NCBI GenBank assembly: GCA_963749075.1
Contig: CAVVLJ010000020.1
Location: 831,924 to 895,923, forward strand
Source: an uncultured Pseudomonadota bacterium
GTDB lineage: Bacteria; Pseudomonadota; Alphaproteobacteria; JACZXZ01
Direction of reading: 5' to 3'
DNA length: 64,000 nt
Part shown: positions 1 to 9,992 of the stretch, piece by piece
How positions within the stretch are numbered: the stretch's first letter is position 1
Layout of the letters: each line of letters begins with the position of its first letter
Translations under genes and position numbers: made by a program
Notes under the pieces: generated by a model
Told to the model about the DNA's origin: nothing
Databases searched by the model: none
The model's input: only the letters and a program-made list of their open reading frames with translations

Positions 1-1
1 C

Positions 2-2665
2 GAACGCCGCCTGGGCGCGGTCCTCCTTGCCGCGCTCGCGGTGGCACTGCCGTTGAGCCTGCCGCAATACACCGCGATCTATGTCGCCATCGTCGCCGTC
101 GGCGTCTTATGCGGCAAGATCGCCGGCCGGCCGCTCCGCGATCCGGCGAGCGCGCTCGCGGTGCTCGGTGCGGGCGTCATGTGCGCCGCAGGCCTGCTCT
201 TCAATTGGCTCTATATCGGCACGCCCGAGCTCATTCCCTATTGGGTGTTCGAGCCGTTCATCAGGGACGGCGTATTCTCCCGCTGGTCGAGCCGGCAAAC
301 GCAGCTCTACGTCAACTATCTGCAAGGCGTTACCGGGACGTTCGCGACGGCTGCGCCGGCGGAACTGCATCTCAGCCTCGCGGCCCGGGTTGCGGAGGCC
401 CTCCGCGCCCTCCTCGGCGGGCCGGGAGTTGCTGTGGCGGTGCTCGCGCTCGCCTTTGCCGGCGCCGCCGCGATGGGGCGCCTGGGCAAGCCCGTTGGTC
501 AGCTCGCCATTGCACTTCGCACGCTGCTCTTGGCGCTGGCTCTTGCCTTTCTTGCCGCGGGTCCGCCTGCCGTCAGCCGGATGAGGTATCTTGCCCTCGA
601 CGTGCTGGTGCGCGCGCTCGAGGCGGGGGCGCTCGCGGCAGGATTGGCGCTTCTTCTCGCGGGGTGCCGTCCGCCGACGCCGCGCGCGGGGTTAAGGGCG
701 GCTGCGGCCATCTTGGCAGCGCTCCTTGCCTATCATGGGCTGGCGAGCGGCCTTCCGGCGCTCATCAATGCCTCGAGCCTCATGCGGCTCTTCCGCCATC
801 AGGATGCCGTGCTGCCGGTCACGGCCGCAATTGCGCTCGCCCTTGCGGCCCTCTTGGCGCTCGTCCCCGGCGGAGCCCAGCCATCGCCCGTGCGCCGCCG
901 CCTGGCGTGGCTCGCCGCCACCACCGCGGCATGCGCGGGTGCGATACTCGCCGCGTACGAGGCCCGCACGATGCTCTGGGGAGGATGGCAGCTTGCAGGC
1001 GCTGCCGCCCTTGCGACCCTGCTCGGCGCCGCATTGCTCGGCGCCGGCCTCGTTGCCGCCTGGGGACGGCTCTCGCGGCAAGCTGCGGCCGGAACGCTTC
1101 CCGCACCGATCCGCAGCGGGCTTCTCGAAGCCGCCGCCGCGGCAACCGCCGTCTTCGTCGTGCTGTCGCTCGCATCGATCGGCCGCGCGGAATCCATCGC
1201 AGCGCTTCTGCGCTACGCGGCCGGGCTCGGCGGCGCCGAGGCGGCGCTGCCGCCCGCGGAGCAGGAATATGGACGCTGCCTTCGCCTTGCCGAGGTGCTG
1301 CCCGCGCATGCGAGGCTTCTCCACATCAACGGCTTCTCGACCCTGGCACCCTGCGTCGGCGCCGGCATCTTTCCGCGCGGCACATTGCAGCACCCTTATG
1401 AATCGGCACTCGCGCGCGCCTTCCGCGAGACCGTCCTCTCCGGGCCCGACGAGGCCGAGCGCACGCTGCGCGGGCTCGGCATCGATTACTTCCTCGTCGA
1501 CAAGGGCGACATCCACTTCTGGGGGGCCGGGCTCGACCCGCTCTTCCAGCCGCCGCTGCTGGGCGAGCGCTTCGCTCTCTTCGCCGAGACGCCGGATTTC
1601 TACGTCCTCGCCTGGAAGGGACACGGCAAGCGCGCGCTCTCGTCCGCCGAGGCGTCGGCGATCGTCCGTCTCGAGCATCTCTCGCAGCAGGAATCCGGAT
1701 TCATCCGCGACGGCTACCACGTCAGCCACTGGCAGGCCGCCTACTGGCTCGGCATGCCCCGGCCGGCCTACCATTGGGGCGATACCATCGACTTCCGCAC
1801 CGGCGGCAATTCGGGCGAGGCGATCGAGCGCGGCTGGTCGTCGCCCGACGAGGGCGGGACGTGGACGGACGGGGATGCCGCGAGCCTCCTGCTGGCGCCC
1901 GCTTCCAGCACCTCGGCGCCCGTGCTTCTGACCCTCGAGTCGCAGGCCTTCACCCCGCCCCAGCAGCCCTTCATTTCGGTCGGCGTCGCGGTCAACGGCG
2001 TTGCCGTCGCCCACTGGCTCTTCCTCGCGGGCGAGCCGCTGCGCCCGCGCACGGCGCTCATTCCGGCCGGGCTCGCCGCGCGCTCGCCGGAGCTCCGCAT
2101 CGTCTTGACGCCCGACCATCCCGCCTCGCCGGCGTCATACGGCCTCTCGCGCGACGACCGGCAGTTGGGCCTCCACGTGGCTTCGCTTCGCCTCGAGCCC
2201 GGCGCCGCCCCGCCGCCCCCGCCTCTCTATCGGCTTGGCGAGCGCCTCGACTTCGGCAGCGCAGGCAATGTGCGGCCCTATCTGGGCGATGGCTGGTGGG
2301 GCTCGGAGTCGGCCGGCACCTGGTCCGCGGGACCGCGTGCCGAGCTCGGCCTTCGCCTCGCCACCAAGCCGTCCGGCGACCTCAAGCTCCTGTTGGATGG
2401 GCACGGCCTCTTGGCACCCGCCCAGCCGTCGCTGACCGTCGAGGTCGAGGCGAACGGCACCGCGGTTGGCCGCATTTCCTTCGATGCCGCAGCACCGGGC
2501 GGCGAGCGCGCGGTGAGCATCCCGGGAGGGCTCCTCGGGGAGGACGGCGAGCTCCGCCTGAGCCTTTTGTCGAGCCCGTGGCACTCGCCCGCCGAGCTTG
2601 GGCTCTCGGCCGACCGCCGCCCGCTCGGCCTCTTCGTCCGCAGCCTCGTCCTCGAGGCGGAATGA
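2..2665 (+). CDS. Polytopic membrane protein (GT-C-like glycan-modifying) with two C-terminal beta-sandwich (DUF7024-like) repeats; 5'-truncated by the window edge
   Basis: Frame is open from position 2 (ERRLGAVLLAALAV). Many hydrophobic helices, then two similar domains (YHWGDTIDF..GWSSPDEGGTWTDG..DDRQLGLHV and YRLGERLDF..GWWGSESAGTWSAG..DRRPLGLFV). Lies near GT2/Wzt genes. Confidence 0.6.
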   Translation, partial: ERRLGAVLLAALAVALPLSLPQYTAIYVAIVAVGVLCGKIAGRPLRDPASALAVLGAGVMCAAGLLFNWLYIGTPELIPYWVFEPFIRDGVFSRWSSRQTQLYVNYLQGVTGTFATAAPAELHLSLAARVAEALRALLGGPGVAVAVLALAFAGAAAMGRLGKPVGQLAIALRTLLLALALAFLAAGPPAVSRMRYLALDVLVRALEAGALAAGLALLLAGCRPPTPRAGLRAAAAILAALLAYHGLASGLPALINASSLMRLFRHQDAVLPVTAAIALALAALLALVPGGAQPSPVRRRLAWLAATTAACAGAILAAYEARTMLWGGWQLAGAAALATLLGAALLGAGLVAAWGRLSRQAAAGTLPAPIRSGLLEAAAAATAVFVVLSLASIGRAESIAALLRYAAGLGGAEAALPPAEQEYGRCLRLAEVLPAHARLLHINGFSTLAPCVGAGIFPRGTLQHPYESALARAFRETVLSGPDEAERTLRGLGIDYFLVDKGDIHFWGAGLDPLFQPPLLGERFALFAETPDFYVLAWKGHGKRALSSAEASAIVRLEHLSQQESGFIRDGYHVSHWQAAYWLGMPRPAYHWGDTIDFRTGGNSGEAIERGWSSPDEGGTWTDGDAASLLLAPASSTSAPVLLTLESQAFTPPQQPFISVGVAVNGVAVAHWLFLAGEPLRPRTALIPAGLAARSPELRIVLTPDHPASPASYGLSRDDRQLGLHVASLRLEPGAAPPPPPLYRLGERLDFGSAGNVRPYLGDGWWGSESAGTWSAGPRAELGLRLATKPSGDLKLLLDGHGLLAPAQPSLTVEVEANGTAVGRISFDAAAPGGERAVSIPGGLLGEDGELRLSLLSSPWHSPAELGLSADRRPLGLFVRSLVLEAE

Positions 2666-2682
2666 GCGGTCGGTCCGGCGTC

Positions 2683-3291
2683 CTACATGGGCGGCGCCAC
2701 GCCGTACTTGCCGACGTTGATGCGCAGCAGCGTCAGCGCGCCGTCGCTGGCTTTGCTCGCGACCGCGAAGACCGGCAGTCCCGGCTTGAGGTCGGCGCGC
2801 GCCGCCGGGACGATGGTCACGATCGGCAGGCCCGGGCGCAGCCGAACCGTGGTGGTGCCGCCCTTGTAGCTGAGGACGAGGTCGCGCCCCGAGGCGCTCT
2901 CGACCATGGCGCTGACGGTGGCGTTCGTCATGCTGGTGTCGGGCCTGAGGTCCCAGCCGTAATGGCCCTCGCCGGTGCCGCGCAGTTTCTCCGGGAAGAC
3001 CACGACTTCGAGCGCCCAGAGGGTGCCGTCGGCGCCCATCTCGGCGGCCGTGCCGATGAAGGTGCCCTCTTTGATCGCGGAGACGTCGACCGCCTTGACC
3101 GCGGAGACCGAGAGCTTGTCGCTCAGCGCGAGCTTGACCGTCGGACCCTCGCGCATGGCGATCGAGAGCGTCTTGGCATCGACGGCCGCGATGGTGCCGC
3201 GGATGCGCATCGGCGGTGCGGCCATCTGCGCCGCGGCCGCGGTGGCAAAGCAGGCGATGAGTGCGGCGAAGAGCACGCTACGGTAAGGCAT
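2683..3291 (-). CDS. Conserved periplasmic protein (DUF5666-like, OB-fold-type repeats)
   Basis: Signal peptide MPYRSVLFAALIACFATAAAA; RGTGEGHYGWDL motif; GGGAGGG RBS before ATG at 3291. Confidence 0.65.
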   Translation of the reverse strand: MPYRSVLFAALIACFATAAAAQMAAPPMRIRGTIAAVDAKTLSIAMREGPTVKLALSDKLSVSAVKAVDVSAIKEGTFIGTAAEMGADGTLWALEVVVFPEKLRGTGEGHYGWDLRPDTSMTNATVSAMVESASGRDLVLSYKGGTTTVRLRPGLPIVTIVPAARADLKPGLPVFAVASKASDGALTLLRINVGKYGVAPPM

Positions 3292-3558
3292 GGCATCCCT
3301 CCCTGGCCGGGGTTGCTGAGGTCGCCTCATGCGCCGAGTACGCTATGGGATTTGGCTCCCCGCGGGCACTAGACCATGCGCGGACGGGGCGAACAACGCG
3401 CGCTCGATAACATCTTCGCGAGGAGGGCGGGTGGACCCTGGGCCGCTGCGCTTGACCCGATGACCCTTGTCATCAAGGGGAGCAAGCCCCTAGGCTTCGC
3501 CCGGGCCGGCCGCCTCTCGGCGCCGCAGCGCCAAGGCAACAGGTACATCGGGATTGGG

Positions 3559-4569
3559 ATGGCATTTGCTCTCTCCTCGCTCGCGGGGCGGCTTTTCGAG
3601 CGTCTCTCCCGGCCGGCAGGCGCTCCCGCGGCGGGCGGCGTCGGCGGTCCTGCCGGCGATGCCCTCGACCGGCTCGAGATCGCCGAGCTCCGCGAGCGCC
3701 CGAGATTGTGGGAGCGCGTCATCCGCCGCCAACAGCAAGAGGCGCGGAGCGACGGCCAAGTCCGCCTTCTCCTCGAGAGCCTCTACCTGACCGAGGACCG
3801 CGCGGGCGACTTCGAGCGCTTCCGCAAGAGCAGGGAATTCGCCGCCGTGCTGCGGCTCCTCGACATCTTCGGCGCCGCGAAGGGTGCGCGCATCTGCGAG
3901 GTCGGCGCCGGGCCGGGCTACCTCTCCTGGGCGCTCCTCAAGGAGGGATTCGAGAAGCTCGAGGTGCTGGAGCCCAACGCCCATCGCGTGACCGGCACGG
4001 GCTATCTGAGATCGCGGGCGGACGCCGCCGCCATCGCGGTGCACGACGACGTTGCGGCGTGGGCGCAGCTGCGCGGACGCTGCAACGTCCTCCTCACGCG
4101 AAACTGCATCCACCATTTCGAGAACATCACGCGCGCGGCGGTCATGCTGCGCCGCGGCTTGGCACCCGGCGGGAAATGGCTCGCCATCCGCGAATGGTAC
4201 GCCGACAGCGCCGGCGAGCTCGCCCTCAACCTCGGCAGCCATCCTTATTGCCAGCCCTACAAGATGTACGAATGGCCCTATCCGGCGGCCCATTACGCCT
4301 CGGCGGTGGCACTCGCCGGCTTCAGGCTTGAGGCCGTGGTCCCCATCGACTACGACGGCAATTGCCTGGCCTCCTATTCGGAGGGCCCGCCCTCCGCGGC
4401 GAGCCAGGCGGCGACGGCGGAGGTCGAGCGCCTGCTGCGCGAGAGCCCCGGCGCCAGCGTGGAAGCCTTCTGGCAGGAGGACTGGGATATTCGCATGGGC
4501 CGCCGGCCGCAGGTCCGCTACACGCGGCCGCAAGCGCTGCTCTTTTCCCGCGTCGAGGTGACCGCGTGA
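3559..4569 (+). CDS. Class I SAM-dependent methyltransferase
   Basis: Motif I ICEVGAGPG, acidic LEPN, CIHHF..LRRGLAPGG. Start uncertain (ORF track begins at 3376). Confidence 0.75.
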   Translation: MAFALSSLAGRLFERLSRPAGAPAAGGVGGPAGDALDRLEIAELRERPRLWERVIRRQQQEARSDGQVRLLLESLYLTEDRAGDFERFRKSREFAAVLRLLDIFGAAKGARICEVGAGPGYLSWALLKEGFEKLEVLEPNAHRVTGTGYLRSRADAAAIAVHDDVAAWAQLRGRCNVLLTRNCIHHFENITRAAVMLRRGLAPGGKWLAIREWYADSAGELALNLGSHPYCQPYKMYEWPYPAAHYASAVALAGFRLEAVVPIDYDGNCLASYSEGPPSAASQAATAEVERLLRESPGASVEAFWQEDWDIRMGRRPQVRYTRPQALLFSRVEVTA

Positions 4570-4587
4570 GCGCCGTGCCCGCGGCCG

Positions 4588-5899
4588 TCAGGGCACGGCC
4601 TCGACCGTCACCTCGCAAGCGAGCTGCACCGCCCCCGTGAAGGGGAGCGCAGCGCCGCGCGCCGCCACCTCGAGCGGGCCGAGCCCGTCGTGGCGGTCGC
4701 GCACGAAGGCCATGTTGGCGTGGGGCGTCCCCTCGAGCTCGCCGCACAATATGGAGATAGCGTAGCGTCCCGGACGCACCGCGAGGCGGAGCTCGAAGCG
4801 GAGAACGGCGCTGCTGCCCGCGGCGAGCGGCGGCAGCGGCCGCCCGAGATGGAGGAAGCTCGTGGAGAAGACGAGCGCACCCGTCTCGTCGTGCAGCTCG
4901 AAGCCGACGTTGGGCTTGAGCATGCTTTCGCGGGCGAGCACGAGCGCCTCGATCACGAGCCGGTCGAAGACGGCGAAGCCGAGGCAGTCCTCGCCCGCCG
5001 CATCGGCAAGGCGCACGGCGGCGATCTCGAACGAGGGCTCGCCGCCTGGTACCCGCCCGGCGATGAGCGAATGCGCCATGAGCCGCGCCGCAGCACCTGC
5101 CTCCGCCTTAAGCTGCAGGCCGGCGCCGGGCGGACGCGGCGGCGCCTCGGGCTCGAGCGCGCGTCCGCTCTCGACGATGTAGCGCCCGATCGCCTCGTCG
5201 GTGGTGCCGTCGAAATCGAGCCTGCCGCCGCTCAAGACGAGGACGCGGCTGCACATGGCGCGCACCGCCGCCATGTCGTGGGAGACGAAGAGCAGCGTGG
5301 TGCCGCGGGCGACCCGCGCGCGCATCGCCTCGTAGCATTGCTGCTGGAAGAAGATGTCGCCGACCGCGAGCGCCTCGTCGACGATGAGCACGTCGGGCGA
5401 GAAATAGAGGTAGGTCGCGAAGGCGAGGCGGATCGCCATGCCCGACGAATAGACCTTGAGCGGGCTGTCGCTGAAATCGCCGATGCCGGCAAACTCGAGG
5501 ATGTCCGCCATGCGCTCCTCGGCGTAGCCGGCGGGGAAGTCGAGGAGGGCGGCGAGGTTGCGCACGTTCTCGCGGCCGCTGAGCTCGGGGTGGAAGCCGG
5601 CGCCGAGCTCGAGGAGGGCGAGCGCCGAGCCGCCGACCGCGGCGCGTCCGGCGCTCGGCCGAAGCACGCCGGCGAGGAGCTTGAGGAGCGTGCTCTTGCC
5701 AGCACCGTTGAGCCCGATGATGCCGACGCTCTCGCCGCGCGCCACGCGGAAGCTCACGTCGCTCAGCGGCCAGAATCTCCTGGCGGTAGTGCAGCCGCCC
5801 GCCCGCGAGCCAGTCGGCGAGACGCTGCCACGGCCGGTCGTAAAGCGCGAAGCACTTCGAGAGCGCCTCGACGGCGACGGTGCCCGGCGCAAGCGTCAT
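4588..5899 (-). CDS. wzt: Wzt-type polysaccharide ABC exporter ATPase with C-terminal carbohydrate-binding domain; +1 frameshift near 5776
   Basis: Walker A GLNGAGKST, signature YSSGM, Walker B LIVDEALAVGD, LFVSH. The N-terminus MTLAPGTVAVEALSKCFALY..HYRQE (ATG 5899, ATGA overlap with the GT2 stop) is one frame off from FWPLSDVSF. Confidence 0.85.
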
Positions 5900-6813
5900 G
5901 CCGCATTCTCCGCTTCGCGCGTAGCGCCGCGGCGCGCGAGGCTGCGGCAGAGCTCGAGGCCGCGCGCCGGGAAGAGCAGAAGTGCGCGCGCGAGGCACCA
6001 CGCAGCACCGAAGCGGCGGCCGTGACGGTAACGCGCCACGCCGCGCTCGTACCAGATCGTGGAGCGAAGCAGGCGCCGCGCCGCGGCCGAGCGGCGGCCC
6101 GCCGCCTCGCCATGCCTCTCCCAGATCCGTGCCGCCGACCGATCGACCACGGCGACGCCCGGCCAGCCGGCGCCGGCATGGACGACGGCGAGCGGCTCGG
6201 AGACGACCGCGATCGAGCAGCGCTCGGTATAGCGCAGGAGCCAGTCCCAGTCCTCGAGCCTGAGCATGGCCTCGTCGAGCAGGCCGAACTCGTCGAAGGC
6301 GCTGCGGCGCGCGAGCGCGCAGCTGCCGAAGCTCACGTTGCAGCCGGCGAGGACGCGGCGGTACCAGTCGTCGGCAACCGCAAGAGGCCGCGCCTGCGGG
6401 CGCGCGCTGCCCTCGCGCATGAGTGTGAAGCCGCAGAGCGCAAGCGCCTGCTCGCGCGGCGCTGCGGCGAGGAGCGCCTGCTGGCGCGCGAGCTTCGCCG
6501 GCAGCCACTCGTCGTCGGAATCGAGGAAGGCAATGGCGCTGCCGCGGCTCGCGCGGATCCCGGTGTTGCGCGCGGCCGCGGTCCCGCGGTTCCGCTCGTG
6601 GCGGAGGAGGCGCAGGCGCGCGTCGGCGAAGGCGGCAAGCGCCCCTCGGAGATCGTCGCTCGAGCCGTCGTCGACGACGACGAGCTCGAGATCGGCGAAG
6701 CTCTGGCCGAGCACCGATCGCACCGCGCGGCCGATCGACCAGGCGCGGTTGTAGACCGGAATGATGACGCTGATTTCGGGCGCGTTCCCCATGGCCGGCC
6801 CCGGCACTCCCAT
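5896..6813 (-). CDS. Glycosyltransferase family 2
   Basis: ISVIIPVYN, VVDDGSSD, AARNTG, FLDSDD, LEDWDW motifs. Start is 6813 or 6792. Confidence 0.9.
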   Translation of the reverse strand: MGVPGPAMGNAPEISVIIPVYNRAWSIGRAVRSVLGQSFADLELVVVDDGSSDDLRGALAAFADARLRLLRHERNRGTAAARNTGIRASRGSAIAFLDSDDEWLPAKLARQQALLAAAPREQALALCGFTLMREGSARPQARPLAVADDWYRRVLAGCNVSFGSCALARRSAFDEFGLLDEAMLRLEDWDWLLRYTERCSIAVVSEPLAVVHAGAGWPGVAVVDRSAARIWERHGEAAGRRSAAARRLLRSTIWYERGVARYRHGRRFGAAWCLARALLLFPARGLELCRSLARRGATREAENAA

Positions 6814-6912
6814 CGTGGCTCGGGCTCGCCCGAGAGGAGCCGAGTTCTACCATGGCCGTGCGGGGCGCGCAGCAGGTGGCGGGCCAAGCGCCGATCGCCT
6901 TGTTCCGCGATA

Positions 6913-6930
6913 TAGTTGCATTTACAATTA
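6913..6930. promoter_or_regulatory. Putative MarR operator (imperfect palindrome)
   Basis: TAGTTGCATTTACAATTA, an AT-rich dyad about 35 bp upstream of the LLM-marR operon. Confidence 0.5.
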
Positions 6931-6963
6931 ATCGGCCGCACCTTGCGGCGGGGGGGCCGCGCG

Positions 6964-8061
6964 ATGGAGTTCGGCTATTTCACGCTGAGCGACAACCACT
7001 ATCCCGACAATCCGCGCAGCGCCGAGCGCTTCATCCTCGACATCCGCGCCGAGGCGCTCCATGCCGAGGCGCTCGGCATGCATTCGGTGTGGATCGGCGA
7101 GCATCACTTCGATTCGCTCGGGGTGAATTCCTGCCCGTCGCTGCTCCTCGCCAGCATCGTGCCGCTCACCACGCGCGTACGCCTGGCGCCGGCGGTCGCG
7201 GTGCTGCCGCTCCACCATCCGCTCAGCGTCGCCGAGGAGTGGGCGACGCTCGACCTCCTGAGCGGCGGGCGCGTCGATTTCGCCGCCGGGCGCGGCTACG
7301 ACCGGCGCGAGTACGAGCCCTTCGGCGCCGACTTCATGGCCTCGCTCGAGGTCTTCGCCGAGGGGGTGGACATCCTCCTCAAGGCGTGGAGCGCTGAGGG
7401 TCCCTGGTCCTACGAGGGCAAGCACTACGCCATCAGGGACATGGCGATCACGCCGCGGCCGGTGCAGCGGCCGCTCCCCTTCTTCATCGCCTGCTTCTCG
7501 CGCGCGAGCCTGGAGATCGCAGCCAGGCGCGGCCTCAACATCATCTTCGCCCCCTTCGCCGCCGCCATGACCTTCGGCGATCTCGCCAAGGCCGTCGCCG
7601 CCTATCGCGAGGAGTGCGCCAAGTGCGGCAAGCCGCCGGGAAAGGCGATGTGCAGCTACTTCGTCCATATTGCCGACACGCCCGCCGAGGAGGACTACGG
7701 CCGCGCGGCGCTGATGAGCTACTTCCGCCACTGCGTGCTGCCGGCCTTCCCCAAGGATCCGGCCAAGGCGCCGCCGACCATGCAGTACTTCATGCGCATC
7801 GTGGAAATCCTCAAGGGCATGAGGAAGGAGGACCTGGGCGAGAAATCCATCCTCATCGGCACGCCGGAGCGCATCATCGAGACGCTCAAGCGCGTCGAGG
7901 CGGCCGGCATCGAGGAGGTCATCCTCTACTTCAACGTCGGCAACAAGCCGCACGGCATGGTCAAGGATCAGATGTCCCGGTTCATGGCGGCGGTGGCGCC
8001 GGCCTTCGCAGCAACGCAAGGCAATGCTGGACCTGGCGTCCTACCTGCCCTACCTGATTAA
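6964..8061 (+). CDS. LLM-class (luciferase-like) flavin-dependent oxidoreductase
   Basis: MEFGYF, WIGEHHF, HPLSVAEEWATLDLLSGGRVDFAAGRG motifs. Confidence 0.9.
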   Translation: MEFGYFTLSDNHYPDNPRSAERFILDIRAEALHAEALGMHSVWIGEHHFDSLGVNSCPSLLLASIVPLTTRVRLAPAVAVLPLHHPLSVAEEWATLDLLSGGRVDFAAGRGYDRREYEPFGADFMASLEVFAEGVDILLKAWSAEGPWSYEGKHYAIRDMAITPRPVQRPLPFFIACFSRASLEIAARRGLNIIFAPFAAAMTFGDLAKAVAAYREECAKCGKPPGKAMCSYFVHIADTPAEEDYGRAALMSYFRHCVLPAFPKDPAKAPPTMQYFMRIVEILKGMRKEDLGEKSILIGTPERIIETLKRVEAAGIEEVILYFNVGNKPHGMVKDQMSRFMAAVAPAFAATQGNAGPGVLPALPD

Positions 8062-8452
8062 CCGCGCTGGCGTGCGTCTCGCCGAGGCCTTCGGCAAGGA
8101 GCTCGCGGGCCACGGGGTGACGCTCCCCATGTGGCGCGTGATGGCGGCCCTTCACGCGCGCGGCACCAGGCGCGTGGGCGAGCTCGCCGAGCTCACCTCG
8201 ATCGAGCTCTCCACCCTCTCGCGCCTGCTTGCCGCCATGGACCGCCGCGGCCTCGTCGAGCGCCGCCGCGCCGAGGCGGACGCGCGGAGCGTCCTCGTCC
8301 GCCTCACTCCACCCGGCAGCCGGCTCACGCGGCGCATCATCCCCGAGGCGCTCCGCTACGAGGCGGTGGCGCTCAACGCCTTCGGGCAGGAGGAGGCGGA
8401 GGCGCTCAAGGCCATGCTGCGGCGGGTCTACGAGAACATCGCAGCGCTTTGA
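8024..8452 (+). CDS. MarR family transcriptional regulator
   Basis: YLPYLINR..WRVMAAL, winged-helix STLSRLL..GLVERR..DARSVLVRLT. Confidence 0.9.
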   Translation: MLDLASYLPYLINRAGVRLAEAFGKELAGHGVTLPMWRVMAALHARGTRRVGELAELTSIELSTLSRLLAAMDRRGLVERRRAEADARSVLVRLTPPGSRLTRRIIPEALRYEAVALNAFGQEEAEALKAMLRRVYENIAAL

Positions 8453-8577
8453 GGATCGAGCCGCGAGGCGGATCGAGGGGAGGCCGCGCGGCAAGCGCGC
8501 GGCAAGGCCGTTTTCATGCCCTCCGCGGTCGAGTACACTCCGGCAGAAGCGCCGCAACGGCGTCTGGGAGGAGCGAA

Positions 8578-9744
8578 ATGAAGAAGACACTGATCGCGGC
8601 CGCCGCGGCGCTCGCTTTGCTCGCGGTGCCGGCAAGTGCTGCCGAGAAGATCAAGATAGGCTTCGTCACCACGCTCTCGGGTCCGGCCGGGATCATCGGC
8701 AAGCACATGAAGGACGCGGCCGATCTCGCTCTCGAGATGCTGGGCGGCAAGATCGGCGGCATTCCCGCCGAGATCGTCTATGGCGACGACCAGTTCAAGC
8801 CCGACGTCGGCCGCCAGGTCGCCGAGGAGATGCTCAAGAAGGACAAGGTCGATTTCATGACCGGCTTCATCTGGTCGAACGTCCTTCTCGCCTCCTACCA
8901 GCCGATCATCAAGTCCGGCACCATCCTCGTCGGCGCCAACGCCGGCCCGCACGAGATCGCCGGCGCCATGTGCGCGCCCAATTTCTTCTCGAGCTCGTGG
9001 CAGAACGACGAGACGCCCGAGGCGATGGGCAAGTTCATGAACGACGAGAAGATGGACGACGTCTACGTCATGGCGCCCGACTACGCCGCCGGCAAGGACA
9101 TGGTCGCGGGCTTCAAGCGCTACTTCAAGGGCAAGATCGCGGGCGAGGTCTTCACCAAGCCCGGGCAGGCGGACTACCAGGCCGAGATCAGCCAGATCCG
9201 CGCCGCGGCTCCCAAGGCGGTGTTCGTCTTCCTTCCGGGCGGCATGGGCATCCAGTTCGTCAAGCAGTACGCGCAATCGGGCCTGCGCGGCAAGATACCG
9301 CTCTATTCGGCCTTCACCGTGGACGAGACGACGCTCCCCGCCATCGGCGACGCGGCCGACGGCAATTTCGAGGTCGGCTTCTGGTCGCCCGACCTCAAGG
9401 TGGCGCGCAATCAGGAATTCGTCGCCGCCTTCCGCAAGAAGTACAATTACTATCCCTCCTTCTACGCCGCCCAGAGCTTCGATGCGATCTTCCTCATCGA
9501 CAGCGCGGTGAAAGCGGTGAACGGCGACCTCGCCAACAAGGACGGGATGATCGCCGCCCTCGACAAGGCCGACTTCGCTTCCGTGCGCGGCCCCTACACG
9601 TACAACACCAACCATTTCCCGATCGAGAACTTCTATCTCTTCAAGATCGGCAAGGACGCCCAAGGCAACTACGTGCGCAAGATCGTGAAGACGGTCTTCA
9701 CCGACCACAAGGACGCCTATTACGAGGAGTGCAAGATGAAGTGA
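8578..9744 (+). CDS. Liv-type ABC substrate-binding protein (aromatic acid/benzoate-like subfamily)
   Basis: Signal peptide MKKTLIAAAAALALLAVPASA; IKIGF..LSG; GFIWSNVLLA; GGAGGAG RBS. Confidence 0.88.
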   Translation: MKKTLIAAAAALALLAVPASAAEKIKIGFVTTLSGPAGIIGKHMKDAADLALEMLGGKIGGIPAEIVYGDDQFKPDVGRQVAEEMLKKDKVDFMTGFIWSNVLLASYQPIIKSGTILVGANAGPHEIAGAMCAPNFFSSSWQNDETPEAMGKFMNDEKMDDVYVMAPDYAAGKDMVAGFKRYFKGKIAGEVFTKPGQADYQAEISQIRAAAPKAVFVFLPGGMGIQFVKQYAQSGLRGKIPLYSAFTVDETTLPAIGDAADGNFEVGFWSPDLKVARNQEFVAAFRKKYNYYPSFYAAQSFDAIFLIDSAVKAVNGDLANKDGMIAALDKADFASVRGPYTYNTNHFPIENFYLFKIGKDAQGNYVRKIVKTVFTDHKDAYYEECKMK

Positions 9745-9807
9745 GGCAAGCCCCGGCACTCCCGCCTCCTCATCGAAGTTACGGGAGTCGCAGATTTTTG
9801 CGCGGGT

Positions 9808-9969
9808 CCCCTCTCCCGCTTGCGGGATCGAGCCGCGAAGCGGATCGATGAGGGACCTGCGGCCGCGAGGCCGTGGGAGGGTGAGGGACGGCTCCGGCAT
9901 CCGGCGGTCCCTCGCCCTTCCCATCGCTGCGCGATGGGCCCCTTCCCTCTCCCGCAAGCGGGAGAGGGA
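9808..9969. repeat. Palindromic intergenic repeat (REP/MITE-like, CCCTCTCCCGCAAGCGGGAGAGGG family)
   Basis: Contains CCCTCTCCCGCTTGCGGGA and CCCTCTCCCGCAAGCGGGAGAGGG; 9874-9969 resembles the reverse complement of 46911-47006. Confidence 0.8.
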
Positions 9970-9992
9970 TTAGTCGCGACCGGCCGCGAGCG

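Noticed and set aside
5770-5780. Programmed ribosomal frameshifting in wzt and the other split genes
   Set aside because: No slippery sequence or obvious stimulatory element is seen, and I know of no precedent in these families.
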